A DNA stretch of 63,179 bases, the filler included, from Octopus bimaculoides (lineage: Eukaryota): the NCBI RefSeq assembly GCF_001194135.2. It is 3 parts of 2 records of this genome, joined end to end, with 100 filler letters (N's around TTAATTAATTAA, not from the genome) between each part and the next. Parts side by side here need not be neighbours in the genome. Positions count along the whole stretch, not along the records: positions 1 to 26,799 come from NC_068987.1; positions 26,900 to 52,876 come from NC_068989.1; 1 more part is not named here. One strand, 5' to 3'. The notes beneath the pieces were generated by a model. It ran no database searches, was not told the origin of the DNA, and saw only the letters and a program-made list of their open reading frames with translations. Positions 25,195 through 36,696 of this stretch are shown one piece after another. Numbering within the stretch: the first letter of the stretch is position 1; each line of letters opens with the position of its first letter. A program made the translations under genes and the position numbers.

Positions 25195-25315
25195 CTCGCC
25201 AACCTCCAACAACCTCCCTCAATAACCTCCGACAATCTTTCTCGCCAACCTCCGACAACCTCTCTCAATAACCTCCGACAATCTTTCTCGCTAACCTCCA
25301 GCAATTTCTCCCTCC
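25195..25315. repeat. 46-bp minisatellite x2.5 (each unit two related 23-mers)
   Basis: Units start at 25195, 25241 and 25287 (ctcgccaacctcc...). Confidence 0.85.
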
Positions 25316-25397
25316 TCCAGCTGATAGATTTTGTACATTTTTGCAGCGGAACATACACCTTTATATCAGAGTAATAAGACGTTTCAATAGAACATCT

Positions 25398-25429
25398 ATA
25401 CCCCCGGGAATTAGCGGGTACACCAGCTA

Positions 25430-25430
<1 letters not shown>
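25398..25430 (+). mobile_element. Putative Helitron 3' terminus
   Basis: GC-rich hairpin-like acccccgg..cgggt, then acaccag, then CTAG|T; 5' end not located. Confidence 0.45.
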
Positions 25431-25469
<39 letters not shown>

Positions 25470-25471
<2 letters not shown>

Positions 25472-25735
25472 TTTTATGCGTTTCAGCCCAAAGCTGTAGC
25501 CATTCTTGAGCATCACCACTGTTCAATGGCCATTCTTATGCAATCAGCTTTTTGTGAAAGAGGGATTTTGACACTACTACCCTCCTTTGAGTTTCTTGCC
25601 GTGATGTAGGTTTATCTGGGACCTTGGATATCAGGTGGTCAAGTTGTTTCTTGAAGGCATTTACCCCTACTCCATGGAGATCCTTCAGATGTTTTGGTGA
25701 TGTATTAAATATATGCAGGTTTGTTTAGCACTGAA
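25470..25735 (-). mobile_element. CR1/L2-type LINE 3' fragment
   Basis: Minus translation LHIFNTSPKHLKDLHGVGVNAFKKQLDHLISKVPDKPTSRQETQRRVVVSKSLFH* resembles the CR1-group ORF2 C-terminus (FK..LD..L..VPD.P); short 3' UTR and tail follow. Confidence 0.7.
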
Positions 25736-26205
25736 AGAAAAATAGTGTTTAACATGTATCAGGGAATTTAAATAGTTTTAAAGGTATTAATAGTTCGATT
25801 TTAGATTTGCGTTTCTAAAATTCCCTAGATTCTGAAACCACATTCTGATTACTCGGATATTTTATCACTGAGTAGTAACTTAGTAATGGTACCTCAATAA
25901 GGCTGGTTATCATTAGCTGTTAAGTGTGAGTTCATGTTTGTGCATTGATGTATTAGTATACCACATGTGCTTATGTGTTGTGGTGTTGTGTGTGTATATG
26001 CTTCATGTATTTTGTTTGTAGGTGTTGACTGTGTTTAGCAGTGACGAACGGCATGTGCAACTTTACATTATTTTGCACCTCTAACGAAATATGCAAAATG
26101 CAGCGACTGTTGGATATTCTGAAAAGTTTGAAATTTTATTTACATGTATCTACAAGTTTTACATTGTAACCCTCCACCCTCACATGGTATAAATTTTTAT
26201 AGTAT

Positions 26206-26269
<64 letters not shown>

Positions 26270-26989
26270 CAGACGTACATAATACACACACCGCGCGCTC
26301 GCACACACACACACATACACCCAATTGTTATCTTTCACCAGCTTCAGCCTGCGAACTGTGGCCATGCTGGGGGCACACTTTTACCAGACTGTTGTTGCTA
26401 CGGTTTTACCAAACCTGTCTCTTTGGTTGAATTTTGGTGAACGAAGGAATTCGATGTTGCTACCGTCATTTGAATTTCGTGTGATATAGAGTCATCTTGA
26501 ACTATATATACATACATAGTACGTACATACACACATACAGACATACACACATACATACATACATACATACATACATACATACATACATACATACATACTT
26601 ACATACATATAGTAATGCGTGCATATTTATTATAGAAAGTTCAGTCTAATCAATGTTTATATTTTTACCTGTACACATCTTGTTTGTAGAATATTTTCAG
26701 CATTATCGTGAACTTCCTCCTCTTTCTCCTTGTCGTTGTCATTATCATTTCACTGCTACCACTGCCACCGCCACCACCGTCACCGCCGCCACCACCACCN
26801 NNNNNNNNNNNNNNNNNNNNNNNNNNNNNNNNNNNNNNNNNNNTTAATTAATTAANNNNNNNNNNNNNNNNNNNNNNNNNNNNNNNNNNNNNNNNNNNNC
26901 ACCACCACCATTTTCTGCACCAATTCCGTCGTTTTCTTCATGATGATTATGGTGATAATTTTCACTGTCGTCATCGTCTTGATCCACAT

Positions 26990-27290
26990 TATCATCATCA
27001 TCTACATCGTAGTCGCTGTCGACGTCGTCGTCGTTCTCACCATCATCATCGTCATCATCATCATCATCGTCATCATCATCATCATCGTCATCATTATCAT
27101 CATCGTCATCATTATCATCAACAACTGCAACTGCAACTGCAGCAGCATCGCCGTCGTCACGAAGATCATGATCTGATCATGGTCTTCATCTTTCTGTCAT
27201 CGTTATCATTATCTACGTCTTTGTCTTCGTCATCATCGTTGCCATCATCATCATAATCAACAGCAGCAGCAGTAGCAGCAGCAGTTTCGC
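26990..27290. repeat. (CAT)n/(CGT)n/(CAG)n compound trinucleotide tract
   Basis: Seen directly. Confidence 0.85.
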
Positions 27291-27473
27291 TGGCGGCATT
27301 AACTTTGTTTCTTGTTATAGTTTCCCAATCTATCGGACACTTCTGAGAATAGTTTGCTTTTGTTGTTGCCTGTTGTTATTGTTGTTTCCTTTCGAGTTAT
27401 TTCAACCCAGATCGAACATTATTTAAAAAGCTAGGGGCTAAAAGACTCCTGCCCATTACCATTTCATCCGTCT

Positions 27474-27509
<36 letters not shown>

Positions 27510-27511
<2 letters not shown>

Positions 27512-27930
27512 CTCTTTTACTCTTTTACTTGTTTCAGTATTTTGACTGTGGCCATGCTGGAGCACCGCCTTTTAGTCGAGCAAATCGACCCCAGGACTTA
27601 CTCTTTGGAAGCCTAGTACTTATTCTATCGGTTCTCTTTTGCCGAATCGCTAAGTTACGGGGACATAAACGCACCATCATCGGTTGCCAAGCGATGTTGG
27701 GGGGACAAACACAGACACACAAACATACACATACACACACACACACACATATATATACATATATACGACAGGGTTCTTTCAGTTTCTGTCTACCAAATCC
27801 ACTCACAAGGCTTTGGTCGGCCCGAGGCTATAATAGAAGACACTTGCCCAAGATGCCACGCAGTGGGACTGAACCCGGGACTATGTGGTTGGTAAGCAAG
27901 CTACTTACCACACAGCCACTCCTACGCCTA
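27510..27930 (-). mobile_element. tRNA-derived SINE, family C, full length, with internal (CA/TA)n tract
   Basis: Reverse complement begins aggcgtaggagtggctgtgtggtaagtagcttgcttaccaaccacatagtcccgggttcagtcccact and ends ccagcatggccacagtcaaaatactgaaacaagtaaaagagtaaaagagt. Confidence 0.92.
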
Positions 27931-28057
27931 TAATATTACATTATATAAAAGTAGTTTAGGATACAATAATTTAAAGATATATATATATATTGTGATTTGA
28001 GACTGGCAGATGAAGCATCCATGCTAACGATCTCTGCGGCTTTGATTTGAACTTTAG

Positions 28058-28088
28058 TCGTTGTTGTTGTTGTTGTAGTTGTTGTTGC

Positions 28089-28126
<38 letters not shown>

Positions 28127-28155
28127 TCGTCACAGTCGTCGTCGTTGTAGTTGTT
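28058..28155. repeat. (GTT)n microsatellite
   Basis: Seen directly. Confidence 0.9.
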
Positions 28156-28439
28156 TGTGCCAGATCAGCCCTGATGAAAGAAACCAAAGACGAAAAGTAT
28201 TCTGGCAATGATCATCCATTGGGTTATCTGATAAATTCGTTCATGTCTTTCCAATGTTATTTCAATGAACTCGAAAAATATTTTTATTGCATTTTATGGG
28301 GTTTTTGACGATTTAGTCCTGCGATGCTCCAGCATGGCTGCAGTCAAATGACTGAAACAAATAAAAGAAAAAAGTGCTTTTGAAATTTGAATAAACTTTA
28401 CCTTTTTCCAGACACTTGACGACAGAGTAGAAAGCACAT

Positions 28440-29435
28440 TTTCCATACCCGCTTCTCTTCGCTTTCAATCAAGTTTCCAGACCTGTCCAGGTCATTTCTG
28501 TTGTGTACGGAGAAAGCGTTATTGCTATAAGAACAGCAAAGAAATGTGACAGGATGGGACGTTTCATTCCAAGAAGAAATAATTTCCATCTCACATACTC
28601 TCCGCATTTCAGGAGACCGGTTCAGTTCATTGATGATTGATTGAACGAGATCAAAAAATGGGATTCGCGCCGACTCTACAAGAGAATTGGCCCAGCAGAT
28701 CGGATGCTCTCATGATACTGTCTACTTCCAGCTTCCCTCGATGGGTAAAGTCCAAAAACACGATGTATGGGTGACATACGATCTCAACGAAAGGGTCAAA
28801 TTCCAGTAGTCCTCTCTCACCGCTGCTTTGTTCTGTCGACCAATTCTACTTGTGGACTCCAACAGAGATTTCTTTACCGCACCATCACCGTCAATGAAAA
28901 GTGTTGTCTTTACGTCATTATAAAGTAGAAGAAAGAATGGCTGAATCCTGATAAAGAAGCTACGACTCGAGCCAAACCAGATCTTCATCCGTGCAACATA
29001 GAGATCTGCTTTTGGTGGGATTGGGAAAGGCTAATCTACTACGAAAGACTTGAAAAAAACTACACAGTCATTGTAAAGCTTTATATTCAGCAAATACACC
29101 TGCTCAACAAAGCAGTCCAGTTGGAACGACTCAACTCACAACACGGCATACTTTTTCAACACAACAATGCTCGCTCCCGCGTTGCTAATTTGACGCTAAT
29201 TTGAAGTTCTGTTGCATCCACTGTATTCTCCTGGTATGGTACATTGGAATGATTACCTTTTTTGACTGCACTCCAAAAGTCTGCGAGGAATTTCGATGTA
29301 TAATCGGCATAAAGCTGTACATGGCTCGTGTAATTCTTCGAGACAAACCCAGTGAATTCTACCGTCAAGGCATTGAAAAAATAAGCAACCAGGAAGAAGT
29401 TATGAACAATGAGTGAAAATATATGATTGACTTTG
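28440..29435 (+). mobile_element. Heavily decayed mariner-like transposase
   Basis: Frameshifted motifs VYGESVIAIRTA, SMGKVQKHDVWV, ITVNEKCCLY, DLHP...CFWWDWE.LIYYE, LFQHNNAR, LHPLYSP, KPSEFYRQGIEKI. Confidence 0.75.
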
Positions 29436-29534
29436 TTTCTGTCTTTGATTTGCAAGAATCTTGATGTGAATTCGTGTGTAGAAACAAATCTTGTTTTTTG
29501 GTAGGATCATTATGCCAATTACACACACATTGGG

Positions 29535-29665
29535 CCTCTTTCATTTTCCGTTTATCGAATCCACTCACAAGGTTTTGGTCAGCTCGAGACTGTGAGGTGG
29601 GACTGAATTTAATACTACATGATTCGGAAGCAAGCTTTTTAACCAAGTAGACATACCTGTGCCTA
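29535..29665 (-). mobile_element. SINE family C fragment
   Basis: aatccactcacaaggttttggtcagctcgagactgtgaggtgggactgaattt...gaagcaagcttttt. Confidence 0.65.
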
Positions 29666-29699
29666 CAGACCACGCTTGTACCAATAGCAACGCTTGCTT

Positions 29700-30110
29700 A
29701 TACCATCACCATGACATACCTTCTAATACATGAATGTCTGAAGATGAACACTTAAGTTTAAGTAGCCAAAAACATTGTGGTTAATCGTTTCTGTCCAGCT
29801 TTCATAAATCTTGACGTTACATACTTATGACAGATTCTTCTGTTGCAATCAATCACCCTTCAGCCTCAGCTTTGAATTCTGGGCTTCTCAGTCAATGTTG
29901 CACATTTCCTTTCAATAATTCCACCATGCTCAGCAGTTTTTCTTTTTCTATTTTTGTCCTATGTTTTAGCTTTGTAGGGCTTTTCTTGCGATCGTTTTAT
30001 CATGGTGTTTCTATGGTCTCAAATTTAATTTTGATTTTAGCTTTTACAGAATTTCTGATACTCCCTCCTCAACACTGCCTGTTATTTCAGCTTCTTGATA
30101 TTTGTTGGTG
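29700..30110 (-). mobile_element. Old R4/Dong-like LINE fragment (post-RT region)
   Basis: Minus translation includes LRSPEFKAEAEG*LIATEES and ETINH, resembling the WL..S.LK.ETE..L.A.Q and zinc-knuckle region of the 38.9-42.3 kb element; very degraded. Confidence 0.4.
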
Positions 30111-31005
30111 TCTTTGAAGGCAGAAAGCAGATGTTTGTTTTATTCTTGATTTTTAACTATTTGTATCAGTTTTACGTTTTTGTTTCGAGATATTTTTTTG
30201 CATATTTTCTATTAAGGTTATATTTTAATGTAGGCAGTCAATTTGCAGAATCGTTAGACTGCGGTATTCATTCCGGATCTCTGTTCACTGAGTTCCAATC
30301 ACACCGAGACCATTTTCTTTTTCTTTTCGGGTTTCAGAAATACGAGTAAAGCACTAGGCCGGTGCTAGAGCAGATCCTTCTTTCTCATTTACCCTTTGAA
30401 TTGTACCTGTAATTCAAAGGGTCAGTCTTTTCACATTAGGTCCCGATGATTCGACCCGATAATTACGCTAATAGAATACGTGACTGGAATACTCAGTCAT
30501 TTACACGTTAATTACACCGGTAACGACTGAATGTTCATCGTCCAGATCGACAGAGGATCTATCGTTAAATGGAAAACTTTTCGTGTAGTAGGACTGAACC
30601 TGTACAGATGCACTTGCGAAGCAAACTGCTTGAGCAGAAGGTTCTGTCGGCACCCAATGCTTCATATGATATTCGGTTTCATGATTCTGTAGGATGGATG
30701 TGACGTCTTTACATTTCCTAAAATATGGGATGGTCTTAGCCAGAAGGACTTAGACTAACCAACAGCAGTGAGATTTGTTTAAGTCTTTAAACATTTAAAC
30801 AGGAAATGCTTTTGTAGCTATGTTATATGGCTTGCATTAGACTTCATGATCAAGGCCATACTGGACCCTCACCTTCCATATCTAGTCATTACTTCCATTG
30901 ATTTTTTTTTTCGGTTTTTTTTTTCTCTTACGTTTCATTTTTCTTCTGTTGCTAACATTCAGATTTCGGAGCATTAAACGTTTGCTTATATTTCTTGTTA
31001 TGTAA

Positions 31006-31064
<59 letters not shown>

Positions 31065-31695
31065 TGTGTGTGTGTGTGTGTTTGTATGTGTGCGTGTGTG
31101 TGTGTGTGTATGTATGTGTGTATATGTGTATTTATAGTGAGATTATGAGAGTATCTTTGTAAAAGGAATATGTCTATGTAAATGTGGGTTTGCGGGTGTA
31201 TATGTATACATATATTTTTGTGTGTGTATGAGTATGGTTCGACCTGTATGTAAAGATAAATATGAAGGTATTCAGGTGTGTATATGCTTGTTTACTTGTT
31301 TGTGGATGTGTGCTTAAGTGTGTATATATGTGTGTATATATGAATGGTTTTGTTTGTGCGCATCTTCGTTGGTGTATATTTGTGTATATAACTTATAACC
31401 AGTAAAACCTCTTTGCAAATGCACCACTGTCTACTTTCGTACATATTATGGACGTCTGTACTATTGTAATATTTCCATCAATGAAGGTGGTGGGCTGGTA
31501 AACTCGTTAGCACGCCGGGCAAAATTCTTCTCATGAAAATTGAATTCAGTAGTATGAATTGTAATAAATCCTAAGGCCTCCACTTTTCACTGTTTATCCT
31601 GTCTCTGCATCTTTGTAATTCTTCGAAAGGCCTCGGACCTGAACAACCTATATTTACTTTGAAAGAACACTTGTTGCAAATGTAGTCAATCTCAC

Positions 31696-31866
31696 CTTTC
31701 TGAGCTGATAATATTGCCCAAGCAAAAAGTGAAACCCGGTAAAGTTCGGCACCAGTGACGCCAAAATAGCCAAAATGCCAGAACGAACACTCCTAGGTAT
31801 CTTACCCGACTTTCTAATATTTCCACCAATCTACTTGCGTAGATGTGCGTATAATTTGTATTCATC
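31696..31866 (-). other. Candidate isolated exon (171 nt), host gene unknown
   Basis: Acceptor ctccttgcctttactctttcag|G and donor AAG|gtgaga. One frame fully open (MNTNYTHIYASRLVEILESRVRYLGVFVLAFWLFWRHW...). No recognisable homology. Confidence 0.3.
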
Positions 31867-32540
31867 CTGAAAGAGTAAAGGCAAGGAGTACCTCGTTTGG
31901 ATTTCAACAGAGAATATAAAACACCGGAAAAGAAACCCCATGGCACTGTAATGGGATATATTTTATTATTCTCTTGTTAATTTATAAAATAGTAAAAAAA
32001 TAAACGCTAAGTGTGCCTCAGCTGGAGTTAAACATTGAATGTAAAGAACCGGGTGAAAAACTTTGCATTGCAAGCCTTGTTGTGCAAAGCATTGCAAATC
32101 CATGTCTTCGGTATTCCCATGTTAATTTATAAAATTGGTTTCATGTTTTTAGTAACTATTTTTAACACCTGCAGGCGTTATTTCATGATATTTCATATCT
32201 AGTTATATCCCTTTTTCTTTCGTATATAATTTGGGAAAATATGAGAGTCAGTATCCATAACCATTTCGGTCTCTAGCCATTGGAACCATCTGCTGAGACA
32301 AACATGATTAATGCCTAATCTGGACATCTTCATGTAAATAGTTACAACAACAAAATTAAAAGGATATATTAGTAAAATTTTGCTCAGTATGGGTAGATTT
32401 TCCGAAAGGCAAAGACCAAGCTGCATCGTTAAAACGAATGGTGTGTTAAGTGTATTATTTGGCTATAAGGCATGTTTGGTAGGTCAATGTCATTTTTGGA
32501 TCACGGTGTTCTACATTATGCAATATTATATCTTCCACTC

Positions 32541-32748
32541 AGGGGGCGAGCTGGTAGAATCGTTAGCATGCCAGGCAGAATGCTTTACAGTATTTCGCCT
32601 CTTTACGTTCTGAGTTCTAATTCCATCGAGGTCGACTTTGCCTCTCATCCTTTCGAGATCGATAATAAGTACCAGTTGAGTACTGGGGTCGATGTAATCG
32701 ACTTACTTCCTTTCTCGAAATTGCTGGCCTTGTACCAAAATTTGAAGC
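32541..32748 (+). mobile_element. tRNA-derived SINE, family A
   Basis: agggggcgagctggtagaatcgttagcatgcc...ttgctggccttgtaccaaaatttgaag. Confidence 0.88.
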
Positions 32749-33470
32749 CAAAATTATATCTTCGACTTGAATGGTTTATAATACGCTTAATTTCCGTACA
32801 ACGTTTAGAACTACATACTATTCTCTCTGATCAAGTAATAGCTTCATTAAACACTGAATTTAGTTTTTTGTACTAATTACATCTTATGATTTTTTTCTAA
32901 TTTCTGTTATTGTTTTTTTTTTTTTATCTTTTAGTGAAGTCAATGCCAATGACACTATACATGACCTCTGAGACAAGTAGGGTGAAAGAGGGTAAAATAT
33001 CCTTAGATCAGAAACCTGATCTTAATGCTTACAACAGTGGGGACTCAGTTAAAAAGATCCAAGCAATACATTAATCCTACTCTCCGAGTAAGCCGTAGCG
33101 TGATTTTAAACTCAAAATGAAAACAAGAGAAAGCAGAATACGCAAGGCATCTGGTCCAGAGTCCCTATAGTTCTGTCAATGTTCTCTCTTCGATTGGTAC
33201 TTTGGTATCGGGTCGTGAAACGATAACAGGCGAGATGACCTTGGCGAAATTTGAACACAGATGCAAAGAGTCAGAATACCGCTAGTATTCTGTTTGACAC
33301 TCTAACGTCTCCGCAATTTGGCCACGGTGGGCCAAAAGTCACGCACAATATAAGTTGAACACGCTGTGGTATTGTTAGGCATGCTTCAATTTTCTTCTGA
33401 AATTCAATGAAATAAATAAGATAATGATTAATACACACGTACTTGTAAATGTTGAACAAAATGAATAATA

Positions 33471-33705
33471 ACAATTTCAAATTTTGGCACAAGGCCAGCA
33501 GGAGTAGGGGTTAAGTCGATTACATCGACCCCAGTAGTAATTGTTTTATCGACTAGTTTTACAACTAGTAATTGTTTTATCGACTCCAACAGGATGAAAA
33601 ACAATATCGATCTTGGCGGAATTAGAACGTGAAGGCGGACGAAATACCGCTAAGCATTTCGTCCGGATTCTCGGTGTGCTAACGATTCTGCTAGATCGCC
33701 GCCTT
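33471..33705 (-). mobile_element. tRNA-derived SINE, family A (a further partial copy lies at about 33185-33310)
   Basis: Reverse complement aaggcggcgatctagcagaatcgttagcac...ggccttgtgccaaaatttgaaattgttatt; contains a small internal duplication (agtaattgttttatcgact x2). Confidence 0.85.
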
Positions 33706-33809
33706 AACTACAATAACAACAATAATAATAACAACGTAATATAAATAGAATAATATATTGGTGCGCGATTTTTGGCCCACCTTGTACAGTCATATCCACT
33801 GACTCAATA

Positions 33810-33842
<33 letters not shown>

Positions 33843-34217
33843 CGTTTGTATTCTTTAGTATATGTATATGTATATATTTATGCACCCTTGTATTACTGAA
33901 TTACTGAGTATATACGGTATATACAAATGTATACACCTTTTTGTGTCGCTGCATGATTGTATATCTTCCTTTTATTTTTGCCAATCGGTTTCTAAATATT
34001 TATATATCTTAACTTTGCTTGCCCTTTTTTTTTTGTACTTTTCTTTCCTTTTTTTTTTTTCATTTTTAGTTTTTAGTTTTTATTTTCAGAGTACCATCAA
34101 TACAAGATCCCTGTTCTTTAGTAATTGTTTTCTCTTTGAAATCGATATTCACATTGATTTCTCTGCAGTAACTGTAGTAAGTAGCATGCAGTCACTTTCA
34201 ATACATATATGAACATT

Positions 34218-34300
34218 AACTGTTTCAATAGAGATACATCAACAGTAACAGCTTCAATAGAAGTATCAAAACTAACAGTTTCAATTGACATATCAACAGT
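34218..34300. repeat. Imperfect 27-bp tandem repeat x3
   Basis: aactgtttcaatagagatacatcaacagt / aacagcttcaatagaagtatcaaaact / aacagtttcaattgacatatcaacagt. Confidence 0.7.
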
Positions 34301-34710
34301 AAAGGCGATAGCAATTCACATTGACCAATTTACTACATCGTCTATACAAGCTTTCATCTTTTACTGAGCGAAACAGTTGGCTTCCAGTTTTTCAAGGTGC
34401 GCTTATCATAAATCCCCTAAATAACAAATCTAGCTTTATTGATGTGTTATATCGCCTGATATTCCGTTGTATGAGATATCAAAATAGTGGGCTGTTTATA
34501 GACTGATCACACTGAGTTTATGGCTACGATTGGTTACTTAACATTCTATGATCACTTTTGATTCTCTAATAAGTGACTGTTGCTTTTTTTTTTTTTTTTT
34601 AGTCAACTGCATCAGCTGCCAGATACCACAGACAACCGTACTATTTTTTATTGTATATTGTCTGAAAAACAGTAATTGAATTACAGTCCTTGTTGTTAAT
34701 ATCATTATTA

Positions 34711-36395
34711 AGGCGGCGAAAGGCGGCGAGCTGCCAGACTCGTTAGCACGCCGGGCAAGATGTTTATCGGCATTTCGTTCATCGTTCTGAGTTCAAACGT
34801 TGCTGAGGTCGACTCTGCTTTTCATCCTTTCAGGGTCGATAAATTAAGTACCAGTGAAACACTAGGATCGATGTAATCGATTATGCCCCTCCCTTAGATG
34901 TCAGGCCTTGTGCCTACAGTAGAAAGGATTATTATTATCATTATTTTAAGGCTACAAGGCGGCTAGCTGCCAGAATCGTTAGCACGCCTGGCAAAATGTT
35001 TAGTGCTATTTCGTCCGCCTTTACGTTCTGAGTTCAAATTCAGCCGAGGTCGACTTTGCTTTTCATCCTTTCAGGGTCGATAGATTAAGTATCAGTTGCG
35101 TACTGGGGCCGATGTAATTTAACGNNNNNNNNNNNCATTATTTTAAGGCTACAAGGCGGCTAGCTGCCAGAATCGTTAGCACGCCTGGCAAAATGTTTAG
35201 TGCTATTTCGTCCGCCTTTACGTTCTGAGTTCAAATTCATCCTTTCATCCTTTCGGGTTCTATAAACTAAGTACCAGTTGCGTAATAGGGTCGACCTAAT
35301 CAACTGGCCCCCTCCACCAAAATTTCGGGCCTTGTGCCTAGAGCAGAAAAGATTACTTTAAGGCGTCGAGCTGGCAAAATTGTTAGCACGCCGGGATAAA
35401 TGCTTAGCGGTATATCGTCTGCCGCTACATTCTGAGTTCAAATTCCGCCAAGGTCAACTTCGCCTTTCATCCTTTCGGGGTCTATAGATTATGTACCAGT
35501 GAAATTCAGTAGTCGATGTAATTGACAAGTCCCCTCTCCCAAAACTTCAGGTATTGTGCGTATAACAGAAAGGATTATTTTAAGGCGGCGAGCTGGCAAA
35601 AACGTTAACACGCCGGGAAAAATCCTCAACAGTATTTCGTCCGTCTTTCCATTCTGGGTTCAAATTTCGCCAGGTCGACTCCGTCTCTCATCTTTTCGGG
35701 GTCGATAAATTAAGTGCCACCTGAATACTGGGGCCGATGTAATCGACTAACCCCTCCCTCTAAATTGCTGGCCTTGTACCTATAGTAGAAAAGATTATTA
35801 TTATCATTATTTTAAGGCAGTGAGCTAGCAGAATCGTTAGCACGCCGGGCAAAATGCTTCGCAGCATCTCTAAGATATTCACGTTCTGAGTCCAAATTCT
35901 GCCGAGGTCGACTTTGCCTTTCATTCTTTCAGGGTCGACGATGAAATGAGTACCAGTTACGTACTGGGGTCGATGTAATCGACTAGCCCCCACCCCAAAA
36001 TTTAAGGCCTTCTGCCTTTAGCAGAAAGGATTATTTTAAGGCACGCCGAGCAAAATGCTTCGCGGCGTTTCGTCCATATTTACGTTCTTAGTTCAAATTT
36101 CACCAGGTCGACTTTGCGTTTCATTTTTTGGGGGGGGTGGATATAACCAACTAGACGCCTTACCCCAAAATTTCAGGCCTTCTAACTACAGTAGAAATGA
36201 TTATTTTTATCAAAGGCGGCAAGCTGGTAGAATGGTTAGCACGCCGGGAAAATTCTTTAGCGGTATTTCGTCTGGGGTCGACTTTTCCTCTCACCCTTTC
36301 AGGATCGATGAATTAAGTTTCAGGTGAGTACATGTGATCGACTTCTTCCCCTTTCCCTGAAATTGCTGGCCTTGTGCCAAAATTTGAAATCATTA
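34711..36395 (+). mobile_element. Head-to-tail array of 8 family A SINE units (about 180-240 bp each)
   Basis: Unit starts near 34711, 34956, 35153, 35360, 35582, 35813, 36038 and 36213. Most begin aaggc(gg)cgagctggcag.. (the 36038 unit lacks part of this head) and end agaaaggattatt(att); units are diverged from each other. Confidence 0.9.
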
Positions 36396-36696
36396 TTATT
36401 AACATCTTAACATATTTTCCCGTATATTTTCATTCAGTGACGTCTCGTAAATATGTATTTGAACGAAAATATACGTTCATTACACTCTGAGGTAGCTGTC
36501 ACTTACTTCTAATCCGAAATACTTCGTTCTTGATGCTATTCCCGTTTTCTATCATTAACTATCAGTAACTATCATTTCTATCAGTAATATCATAAGAAAT
36601 CATAACTGATTCAAAATAATTTATGTACTTATTCTTCCTTATATACAGATTTGAAATAAATATCAAAAAATATATACTTTGCATGGAAATTGAAAA

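Noticed and set aside
26844-26855. Palindromic TTAATTAATTAA island inside an N run
   Set aside because: Flanked by exactly 44 N on each side (44+12+44 = 100 bp), and the same construct occurs at 52921-52932. It has stops in all six frames. This is an artificial scaffold linker, not biology.
28165-28205. CTGATGA...GAAA as a second hammerhead
   Set aside because: The 14 nt between the motifs (aagaaaccaaagac) cannot form stem II, and there is no stem III or cleavage triplet geometry.
32935-33075. Plus-strand acceptor followed by a 46-codon open frame (KSMPMTLYMTSETSRVKEG...)
   Set aside because: The polypyrimidine tract is a poly-T run that is common here; no recognisable homology and no linked exons. 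Similar lone acceptors at about 43968, 44149, 45718 and 48489 were dropped for the same reason.
34939-35239. Identical first 104 bp or so of SINE array units 2 and 3
   Set aside because: They straddle an 11-N gap, so this may be a haplotype or overlap artefact. Not used as evidence of recent amplification; the array count could be one lower.
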